Origin: Candidatus Hydrogenedentota bacterium
Lineage (GTDB): Bacteria > Hydrogenedentota > Hydrogenedentia > Hydrogenedentales > SLHB01
Reading direction: 5' to 3'
Assembly (NCBI GenBank): GCA_963674865.2
Contig: CAXXYE010000007.1
Location: 64,001 to 128,000 of the forward strand
Length of the DNA: 64,000 nucleotides
How positions within the stretch are numbered: the stretch's first letter is position 1; each line of letters starts with the position of its first letter. The translations under genes were made by a program, and so were the position numbers. Positions 1-7,894 of the stretch are shown piece after piece. A model generated the notes under the pieces. That model did no database searches. It was not told where the DNA came from and worked only from the letters and a program-made list of their open reading frames with translations.

Positions 1-87
1 CGGTGAAGCGTGTCTTCTGACTTGCGGGGGTGGGCATGCCCGACGTTCTTCGGCTTACTCGCCTCCAACGCTACGGGGGGACGAACG

Positions 88-1377
88 ATGAACGATCAGC
101 CAGATCACAGTCAGGCGCAGCGCTTGATGGACAATGGCCAGTTCGCCTTGGCCCTGGCCATGCTCAAAGGGGTGGAAGGCGCCACGCCGGCCGTTGAGTA
201 TCGCAAGGGATTCTGTTTGGCCGCCTTGGGCCGGACCACCGAGGCCCGTGCCGTGGTGCAGCATCTGAAGGAGCTGGGCCATGTGGCCATGGCTCAACGA
301 TTGGCGGCGAAGATCGCCGAGGAGGACCCGTTCAGTCTGGAACCGTCCCGGACGTCTGCGTCTCCGCCGATTAAGGGCGATGGGGGCGGCCGCTGGTACC
401 GGTATGGACTGGTTATTGCGTTGGCTGGGCTGTGTGTGCTTGTCGGGGCACTCTTGGGGGTCGAGTTCCTGGCCCATGCACGTGGTACACGCCCACCGAC
501 GCGCCCTGTCTCCACGTTGCCTTTGGAGCGTAACGTGTCCGCGGCGCCCACGGGAGCGCAGGCGCCGATGTCGCCTCCTTCCCAGATGGCGGACGGCCCC
601 ACCAACCTAACGGGTGTGTGGCAAAGCGTGGACTATGTCGATCAAGTTGCGGACTTCAAACCTGGCGCCAAAAACTGGAGCGGCGACCTCTTCCTGAAAG
701 AACTACGCTGCACGGCGAACGGCCTGACCTCCCTTTCCTGGCGCTGGGGCGATGGCTGGATTACGCACTCGGACGGCCGGACGCAAGCGCAGTACTACGT
801 CAAGATGGCTGGGGATACTCCGTATCTCTTCTTGCCTTGGTTGAGTGGCGACGTGACGGAGCGGGGGCAGGAGCCTGACTACTACGTCCTGAAAAAGGCA
901 AGTTATGCGCAGCGTACAACAGCGCAAGCGCAGGTGCCGGCTCAATACGCAGCCAAGCACACGCTGAAGCCCGAAATGGTGGCAGAGAGAGCGCAAGCGG
1001 AAGGCCCCACTCCAGTTAGGCGCGGGCCGCCACAGAGGAAGCCGCTTGTTTGGACGGACGGTTCGCCGGATCTCACGGGAGTATGGCGAGGTGTCGATTT
1101 CGTGCAAGAGATCTCGGACTTCAGGCCGGGCACAAAGTCGTGGGAAGGGGCTCTTACCATAACCAGTCTGCGGTGTTATTCTAACGGCAAGACGTCGAGG
1201 CAGGACTATCGATGGGGCAATGGATGGCTCGTGCGGGTCGATGGGCGCGCCCAGGCGCTGTACCACGTGGGAGTTGTCAACGGGAACGCGTACCTCTTCT
1301 TCCCTTGGCTTAGCGGCGATGTGTTCCTGCGCGGGCAGAGGCCTCACTACTACGTGCTGAAACGTGTCGGTAACTGA
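88..1377 (+). CDS. Membrane-anchored protein: N-terminal TPR-like helix pair, one TM helix, two tandem copies of a ~100-aa domain
   Basis: ORF 10-1377; ATG at 88 follows a G-rich RBS. TM segment YGLVIALAGLCVLVGALLGVEFLA. Repeated domain LTGVW.sVD.V....DF.PG.K.W.G.L....LRC..NG.TS...RWG.GW....DGR.QA.Y.V...G..YLF.PWLSGDV..RGQ.P.YYVLK at ~601-897 and ~1066-1371. Confidence 0.8.
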   Translation: MNDQPDHSQAQRLMDNGQFALALAMLKGVEGATPAVEYRKGFCLAALGRTTEARAVVQHLKELGHVAMAQRLAAKIAEEDPFSLEPSRTSASPPIKGDGGGRWYRYGLVIALAGLCVLVGALLGVEFLAHARGTRPPTRPVSTLPLERNVSAAPTGAQAPMSPPSQMADGPTNLTGVWQSVDYVDQVADFKPGAKNWSGDLFLKELRCTANGLTSLSWRWGDGWITHSDGRTQAQYYVKMAGDTPYLFLPWLSGDVTERGQEPDYYVLKKASYAQRTTAQAQVPAQYAAKHTLKPEMVAERAQAEGPTPVRRGPPQRKPLVWTDGSPDLTGVWRGVDFVQEISDFRPGTKSWEGALTITSLRCYSNGKTSRQDYRWGNGWLVRVDGRAQALYHVGVVNGNAYLFFPWLSGDVFLRGQRPHYYVLKRVGN

Positions 1378-1425
1378 CGCCACCTGAGTTTCCTCGGCGG
1401 GCAGTTTGAAACCGTTCCGGTGAGG

Positions 1426-2640
1426 CTAACGGCGGCGGAACAGGCTTCGCCGCCGCCGCCGGGTCGTGCCCCGTTTGGCTTTCGACGGCTCGTCCTGCGG
1501 CGGGGTGTAGAGGTTGAGCACCGTGACGGCGCCTTCCCAATCAGCCCGGGGGAGATTCTTCCCCAGGGCGCGCTCGATGGCCTCCAGCGCGATGTGATCC
1601 CTTGGACATACGAAAGTGACGGCGTCCCCGTCGGCGCTTGCCCTCGCGGTGCGGCCGATGCGGTGAATGTAGTCGTCGGGGTTTTCCGGGATATCATAGT
1701 TGATGACGTGGCTGATGCCTTCGATGTCGAGCCCGCGCGCGGCCACGTCGGTGGCGATCAGGAGTTGATACCGGCCGGAGCGAAATCCTTCGAGGGCCTG
1801 TTCGCGCTGCCGTTGAGAGCGATCGCCGTGAATTGCCTGCGCCTTGAATCCGGCCTTGCGCAGGCTTCTCATAACGCGCTCCGTGTGGCGCTTGGTTCGC
1901 AGGAATACGAGCCCGGACGCAATGTCCTGCTCCTTCAGGATCTTCAGGAGGAGGTCCATCTTGCTACCGGGCATGACTGTATAGACTGTCTGGCGAACCG
2001 TATCCACCGGTTTCGCGACGGCCCCGACGGCGATGCGCTCGGGATCGCGCAACATGTCCTTCGCCAGGCGGGCAATCTCGTTTGGAAACGTGGCCGAGCA
2101 CATGAGGGTCTGCCGATCCTCGGGCAGCCGCCGCAGGATCCGCCAGATATCAGGCAGGAATCCCATGTCGAGCATCCGATCGGCCTCATCGAGCACCAGG
2201 ATCTGAAGGTCGGCGAAGTTGACGTTCCCTCGGCCCATGTGGTCCAGGAGGCGGCCCGGCGTAGCCACCACAACGGCGCACCCATGGCGTAGCGCGCGCG
2301 TCTGATTCTCAAGTCCGACGCCGCCGTACAGGCAAACCGTGCGCAGGTGGAGGCTCTTGCCGAGATCCTTGATCACGGAGTGAACTTGGTTTGCCAGCTC
2401 CCGCGTTGGGGTGAGGACAAGCATCATGTTCCGCTTGACGGGCCCCGCCGCGAGGCGCGTCAGCGAGGGCAAGGAGAACGCGAGCGTCTTGCCTGTGCCC
2501 GTCTGCGCTATGGCGATCAAGTCTTTTCCCGTCAGTGCGACAGGGATCGCCTGTTGCTGAACGGGGGTGGGCTCGGAAATCTCTTGCGAGCGGAGCACAC
2601 TCTGGCAGCGTGGGTCGATGTCAAAGTCTTCGAAGGACAT
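1426..2640 (-). CDS. DEAD-box ATP-dependent RNA helicase (RhlE-like)
   Basis: Q motif PTPVQ, AQTGTGKT, PTRELA, TPGRL, DEAD, SAT, ARGLD, HRIGRTAR and a basic C-tail. Start MSFEDF at 2640 with GGAGG RBS. Confidence 0.95.
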   Translation of the reverse strand: MSFEDFDIDPRCQSVLRSQEISEPTPVQQQAIPVALTGKDLIAIAQTGTGKTLAFSLPSLTRLAAGPVKRNMMLVLTPTRELANQVHSVIKDLGKSLHLRTVCLYGGVGLENQTRALRHGCAVVVATPGRLLDHMGRGNVNFADLQILVLDEADRMLDMGFLPDIWRILRRLPEDRQTLMCSATFPNEIARLAKDMLRDPERIAVGAVAKPVDTVRQTVYTVMPGSKMDLLLKILKEQDIASGLVFLRTKRHTERVMRSLRKAGFKAQAIHGDRSQRQREQALEGFRSGRYQLLIATDVAARGLDIEGISHVINYDIPENPDDYIHRIGRTARASADGDAVTFVCPRDHIALEAIERALGKNLPRADWEGAVTVLNLYTPPQDEPSKAKRGTTRRRRRSLFRRR

Positions 2641-2780
2641 ATCCCTCCATTTCATTCACGCGGTGGGCCGTCGAACAGGGACAATGGAACTCGAAACACG
2701 CGGACGCCACCAGAGAATCGATACCAGCAGCGTCGCGCGCTCCGAACGGTGCGGCTTCGCACGTCACTGGCGTGTACGTG

Positions 2781-2809
2781 ATAATACGCGCGCTGTCTGC
2801 GGCCGTCAA
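2781..2809 (-). promoter_or_regulatory. Sigma70-type promoter for the DEAD-box helicase
   Basis: Minus strand TTGACG (2809-2804), 17-bp spacer, TATTAT (2786-2781). Confidence 0.6.
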
Positions 2810-2825
2810 CCTGGCCTGCGTGCCT

Positions 2826-4407
2826 TGTCAAGACTCTTTAGAAATGTCACATGTTGGGACTCATTAGAAATGTCCTATGCTCGATGGTTGCAGAAGCGAG
2901 TTATCCAAGGTCTGTGGTCAGGTGCGTAGCAGCTGTCCCCAGACCGTCATATCCACATCCAGCGCGAAGCGCGCGGGCGCATAGCGCTCGTCGAGGATGT
3001 GGATATGTGGGTAACTCGCGTGCTCACCTTTCTTTTGCGTTCATGAGAGGTAGGCGTTGGACGTTGGGCCGCCAGCGCTTGTAGGGCGCGGGGGGAGCGT
3101 TCTTCTTCTTGGGCTTGGCGGGGGGCTGGACCTGTTGGACTCGTTGCTGCCCTTCTCGTTTGTATTGCTTGACCGTGAGCCTGCGGTAGTCAAGGTCCTG
3201 GTCTTTGTAGAGCAGCCTGATGCCGCCGTGCAGATGGGTGCGGACCAGAATCCTGTCTTTGGGCCGGGGCAGAGGACTGTTGTTCTTGAGGATTTGGTAG
3301 TAATGATTCCCGAAACGGACGGTCCAGTCGTTTTGGACGACGCGCAGTTCCTCGAAGCAAAAAATGTCATGCAGCTCAAGGCCTTTGGGTGGAGGACGGT
3401 GATAGTCCAGTTCCTCACGGGGCGCAATGGCGAACTTGGCGTTCAGAGCGTCACAAAAGCTTTCGTAGAGCAGCTTGTCGGCGGTGGCGATGGTGGTGAT
3501 GCGCCGCAAGGCGAGTTCCTTGACGAACCGGTTCTGGTATGTGCCGTTGGAGCGCTCGACGCGGCCTTTGGCTTGAGGCGAAGTCGCGGGGATGATGACG
3601 ATTCCCAGCTTATAGCAGGCCTCTCCGAATTGAGTCAGCGGCTCGCGCCCCGCCAGTTGCTCTTCGAGCGTGGGCTCCCGGCCGGTGATGTAGACGTTCT
3701 TTCGGTCCGTATACAGCGCCCGAGGAATACCGTATTTCTCGATCCACCGCCACAGAAGCTGCATGGCGGCCTGCTTCGTTTCTTGCTCGGCCATGAGCGC
3801 CAAGGTTTCTCCTGTGGCGTCATCTATCATGTTCATCAGACAAGTTTGGCCTTGGTCCGGCCCGAACCAGTGGTGGTGACTCCCATCCATCTGCACCAGC
3901 TCTCCGAAATGGGCTCGCCGCTCCCTGCGGGAGCGATGCCGGCGCCCGGTGTCTCCCTTCGCCCAGAGCCCCTGCTCAAGCAGCCAGCGCCGTAACGTCT
4001 CGTGGTCGATGCACAGGCCTTCCTCCGCCAGCTTCTCCGCGGCCAGGGTCGGCCCCAAATCGTGTTCTCTATAGCGTTCCTGATAGCGCCGAAGGACTTT
4101 GTCCCGGAACGCGGCAGGCTTGGCTCGATTAGACGCCCGGCCCCGGTTGCGATGCACCAACCCCTCATCTCCCTCTGACACGAAGCGTGCGTGTATCCGC
4201 AGCGCCTGCCGGTAGCTCACTTCCATGCGCCGCGCCGCTTCCGCCAGGGTCATATGCTTTCCCACAACAAGCTCCAACAACGACTTACGCATCAATTCCT
4301 TGCGACTCATCTTCAAATGCCCTTCCACGGCAGCCCTCCAAGTGAAAGGCTCCAATTGTGACATTTCTAATGAGTCGAGGGGGTGACACTATCAAAGAGT
4401 CGCGACA
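2826..4407 (-). mobile_element. Complete IS1202-family (IS481-related) insertion sequence with 16-bp target-site duplication
   Basis: Ends TGTCAAGACTCTTTAGAAATGTCAC (2826) and, reverse-complemented, TGTCGCGACTCTTTGATAGTGTCAC (4407). Each end has a second internal GACTCATTAGAAATGTC copy. Flanking direct repeat CCTGGCCTGCGTGCCT at 2810-2825 and 4408-4423. Confidence 0.93.
3024..4328 (-). CDS. IS1202/ISNCY-type DDE transposase
   Basis: N-terminal HTH (MTLAEAARRMEVSYRQALR) and DDE motifs VQMDGSHH, LYTDRKN, AKGRVERSN. Probable start is GTG 4328 or ATG 4310. Confidence 0.93.
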   Translation of the reverse strand: MEGHLKMSRKELMRKSLLELVVGKHMTLAEAARRMEVSYRQALRIHARFVSEGDEGLVHRNRGRASNRAKPAAFRDKVLRRYQERYREHDLGPTLAAEKLAEEGLCIDHETLRRWLLEQGLWAKGDTGRRHRSRRERRAHFGELVQMDGSHHHWFGPDQGQTCLMNMIDDATGETLALMAEQETKQAAMQLLWRWIEKYGIPRALYTDRKNVYITGREPTLEEQLAGREPLTQFGEACYKLGIVIIPATSPQAKGRVERSNGTYQNRFVKELALRRITTIATADKLLYESFCDALNAKFAIAPREELDYHRPPPKGLELHDIFCFEELRVVQNDWTVRFGNHYYQILKNNSPLPRPKDRILVRTHLHGGIRLLYKDQDLDYRRLTVKQYKREGQQRVQQVQPPAKPKKKNAPPAPYKRWRPNVQRLPLMNAKER

Positions 4408-4466
4408 CCTGGCCTGCGTGCCTGCGCCCGCTTCGTGCGGTAGGTGTCAAGCGTGTACTTCGTCTG

Positions 4467-5606
4467 CAGATTCCAATACTAAGTGCACAGCGGAGTGTTT
4501 GCCGCTGTAGGGAGCGCAGCAGGGAGATGAAAGGAAGACATCGGGCCCAGTTCTGTATTCTGGGAGTTCCTACACAACCAGCACCGAAAAGGAGTCCCGA
4601 TGTCTTACACCCAGTTTACCGTAATGGAACGTGCGCAGATCGAGCTTCTTCATCAGCAGGGGCACTCGCATTCCGCCATTGGCCGGATGCTGGGCCGTCA
4701 TGCATCCAGCGTGGGCCGTGAGCTGACGCGCAACTCGACGGCCGGTAGCTATGACGCCGAAAAGGCGCAGGCCCTTTATGAGGAGCGTCGCAAGGCCTGT
4801 CGCCCCAAGGGCCGGCTGGCCCACGAACCCCTGCGCGAGTACGTGGAAGAGAAGATCGCCGTGGAGGAACTCAGTCCTGAACTGGTATCGGGCTGCCTGC
4901 AACTGGACTTCCCGCAAGCTCCGAAGATGCGGGTGTGCCCGGAAACCCTCTACAGCGCCATCTACGCCAACCGTCACCATCTTGATTACCTTCAGGACTA
5001 CCTTCCTCAGAAGCGTCGGACCCGCCAGAAACGGGGCCAGCAGAAAGGCCGGCGGGGCACCTCGATCCCGAACCGCGTGGGTATCGAGGAGCGTCCGGCC
5101 GCCGTGGAGGAACGCAAGGAGATTGGTCATTGGGAAGGGGACTTGGTCGTGGGGAAAGGACAAGACGGCTTCATCGTAACACGGGTTGAGCGCACTTCAC
5201 GCCTACTGGAGGCGGTGAAAGTCCAGAGCAAGCGCGCCAAGGAAGTCAGCCAGGCCGTCATACAAGTCCTCATGGAACGGCCCATCTCCTGGGTGAAATC
5301 CATCACCTTCGACAACGGCACCGAATTCAGTGACCACCAGACCCTGTCGCAGCAGTTGGGTGTCGACGTGTACTTCGCCGACCCCTACGCCGCCTACCAG
5401 CGTGGAAGCAACGAGCAGGTCAACGGACGCATCCGTCGCTACCTGCCCAAAGGCACAAGCTTCCAGAACCTTACACAAGACCAGATCGACTACATCGTCG
5501 AGAGGATAAACAATCGGCCAAGGAAATGTCTGGGATTCAGAACGCCAGCCCAAGTCTTCCAGCTACAGCGGCAAACGCACCTCTGTGCACTTAGAACTTG
5601 ATTGTG
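4467..5606 (+). mobile_element. IS30-family insertion sequence
   Basis: Imperfect terminal inverted repeats 4467-4510 and 5563-5606 (36/44 identical; core CTAAGTGCACAG.GG.G.GTTTGCCGCTGTAG). Exact outer tips are uncertain by a few bp and no clear TSD was seen. Confidence 0.88.
4600..5601 (+). CDS. IS30-family transposase
   Basis: HTH (IGRMLGRHASSVGRELTRN), GHWEGDLV, SITFDNGTEF, QRGSNEQVNGRIRRYLPKG, NNRPRKCLGFRTP. AAGGAG RBS. Confidence 0.96.
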   Translation: MSYTQFTVMERAQIELLHQQGHSHSAIGRMLGRHASSVGRELTRNSTAGSYDAEKAQALYEERRKACRPKGRLAHEPLREYVEEKIAVEELSPELVSGCLQLDFPQAPKMRVCPETLYSAIYANRHHLDYLQDYLPQKRRTRQKRGQQKGRRGTSIPNRVGIEERPAAVEERKEIGHWEGDLVVGKGQDGFIVTRVERTSRLLEAVKVQSKRAKEVSQAVIQVLMERPISWVKSITFDNGTEFSDHQTLSQQLGVDVYFADPYAAYQRGSNEQVNGRIRRYLPKGTSFQNLTQDQIDYIVERINNRPRKCLGFRTPAQVFQLQRQTHLCALRT

Positions 5607-5683
5607 GGGTCCGTTTGCATCCGAAGATGGATGTGCTAAAGTGTGCCGGAAGCAAGAGGGCAATGCTGCGGGAGGATACGGCA

Positions 5684-7894
5684 ATGAAACAACTAGTCAT
5701 CATCGCGTGTTGTGTAGCTCTGAGCCTGATGGCCGGAGCGAGTGGATTTGACAAGCGCCAGCCGCGTCCAACGGGCTACGCCGAGGCCGGCGTAGCCGGC
5801 GAGGCGTCACGGATCGCTTTTGAACGCGTCGATGATCGCGCCGGCCTTGTCTACGACACGACGGCCCATTTCCCCCACGAAGCCGCACCGGAATTCGAGG
5901 TGAAGCGCGTGGCGGTCAATGGGGCCGAGGCGCCTGCTTTCGTGGTGCGCAACCGGGGGATCTTCAACGGCAACCGGCGGGTTCACGGCACGGAGGATTT
6001 CAGCGTGTCCGTGTACACCGGCTGGGAGCCGGGCCGGGAGTACTGCATGCTGGTGGCCGGAGTCACGTCTGCTGGAACGGCCGTGGCACTGGAGGTCAAA
6101 GGGCAGGCCGACGACAAGAGCAGCCCGTTGGGACTTGGTTTCAAGCCGCCCAGCGGCGATTTCCCCTACCATAGCGCCACCATGACGCTCCCTAGAGAAA
6201 CAGCCGAGCCAGGGGCGGTCGTGAAAGTGGAACTCGACGGCAAACGGCTGGACGGTAAGTTCTGCAGCTATGTCAGGTGCTTCAACGTAGGTATTCAGGA
6301 TCCCCGTGACGCCGGCCAGGCTGAAGGGCTGGAAGGGGAGACGTATACGGGCAGGATCGACGGCTCCCGCGATTTCCAGGTTGTCGTCCCGTGCGATTGG
6401 GTCAACGGCTCGGAGCATACCCTTCGCGTGACGGTAGCGCTCGACGCCGGCGAGGAGGAGGTCTACGAGGCGAAGGGAACGGCGCCGGGCAAAGGCGGAT
6501 ACTGGAACAGCGCTTGGCCGCACTCGGTATCTATCGCGCTCGAAGAGACGGTGGGCCTGCTGCGCCAAGGCGAGCCGGTGCACCTTTCGCTTGGGCTGTT
6601 CGCCGATGACGTGAAGGACCCCGCGGAGGAGATACGAGTCGTCACCTACGCGCCGAAAGATCCTAAGGCAGGGGATGACGGCTATGTGGTGGCGCCTTGT
6701 CAGGTGACCTCCGTCGCCGAGTGGCGCGACGCCAAGATGCTCGACCACGAGGAGCGTGACGCCGAGACAGGTGAGCTTGTGCACCGGTACGACCCGGCGA
6801 CTACGGTGGATTTGGTGTTCCTGGCCGATGTGCTGCCCTATGAGAAGAAGGTCTACCAGGTTCTATACGGCAATCCCGACGCCGAGGCCCTACCTCTGGA
6901 TACCGATCTCAAGGTCGAGCAACTCGGCGACAAGTATGCCCAAGGGATCGAGACGAGCTACTACCGCATGACGACGGCTCTGAAGAGCGGGGCCGTTGAG
7001 ACGGTGACGGTATTGGGTGAGGGCGCGCCGGTTCTGCTCGAGCACAAGCTGGAGACAAATGGCGCCGTGCACTGGAATCCCGGCGTTTATGCCCCCCCCA
7101 CACCTTGGGTGCACGCGAGCGACTGGGAATGGCCCGCGCTGGAGCAGATCTCCGGCCCTATCATGCACCGTACGCGGCGCTACGCGCCCTTGCCTCACAT
7201 GGACGAGAAAGCGGTGACGGCAGGGGTGTCGTACACCTTCTACGCTGGCCAACCATACGTGCTGATGTCGTCCATCATGGAGGTCCAGCGCGATATGTTC
7301 GTCAAGGCCATCCGCAATGGCGAGATCGTGTTCAATCATGCGGTGCTCGACGAGTTCGTCTGGATGGACCCGCTCGGGCAGGTGCAGAGTCTGCCGCTAG
7401 GGGACACAAAGAAGCATCCCATTCACGCGCTTGAAGTGCCGCAGGACACGCCATGGATGGCGTTCGTCAGCCGTGAGCACGGCGTGGGATTCGCATCGAT
7501 TGCCTTGGCGTACGAGAACACCAACCGCTACGGTGACCCGGCCAGCGAGGCCCAGCCGTACATCTACGTGCAGGTCGGCCCGTGGATCTACTGGTCGCGT
7601 GCCATGGTGTATCCCTTCGGCGGGCAGAATCTGACGCGGGTCATGCGGGCGCGGAAGGGCAGCATCTATCTCGAGGAGAATGCCTGGGTGCCATTCCGCT
7701 TGGCGGAGGGTGACGATCCCTTTGCCGAGATTGAGCGTCTCACCAAGCAACTGACGCACCCGCTGGAGGTCAGCGAGTGGATGAACGTGGACGATCGCAC
7801 GCCCGAGAAATGGGTTATGCCGATCCTGACGATGCCTTTCGACGAAGGCGTGGCCGGTGCCGTCAGTGCCCACAAAGAGAAGAAGGAGCAGTAG
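5684..7894 (+). CDS. Large secreted protein of unknown function (paralog of the next gene)
   Basis: ATG 5684 after GGAGG; signal peptide MKQLVIIACCVALSLMAGA; beta-rich sequence; shares ordered motifs with 7895-9691. Confidence 0.85.
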   Translation: MKQLVIIACCVALSLMAGASGFDKRQPRPTGYAEAGVAGEASRIAFERVDDRAGLVYDTTAHFPHEAAPEFEVKRVAVNGAEAPAFVVRNRGIFNGNRRVHGTEDFSVSVYTGWEPGREYCMLVAGVTSAGTAVALEVKGQADDKSSPLGLGFKPPSGDFPYHSATMTLPRETAEPGAVVKVELDGKRLDGKFCSYVRCFNVGIQDPRDAGQAEGLEGETYTGRIDGSRDFQVVVPCDWVNGSEHTLRVTVALDAGEEEVYEAKGTAPGKGGYWNSAWPHSVSIALEETVGLLRQGEPVHLSLGLFADDVKDPAEEIRVVTYAPKDPKAGDDGYVVAPCQVTSVAEWRDAKMLDHEERDAETGELVHRYDPATTVDLVFLADVLPYEKKVYQVLYGNPDAEALPLDTDLKVEQLGDKYAQGIETSYYRMTTALKSGAVETVTVLGEGAPVLLEHKLETNGAVHWNPGVYAPPTPWVHASDWEWPALEQISGPIMHRTRRYAPLPHMDEKAVTAGVSYTFYAGQPYVLMSSIMEVQRDMFVKAIRNGEIVFNHAVLDEFVWMDPLGQVQSLPLGDTKKHPIHALEVPQDTPWMAFVSREHGVGFASIALAYENTNRYGDPASEAQPYIYVQVGPWIYWSRAMVYPFGGQNLTRVMRARKGSIYLEENAWVPFRLAEGDDPFAEIERLTKQLTHPLEVSEWMNVDDRTPEKWVMPILTMPFDEGVAGAVSAHKEKKEQ

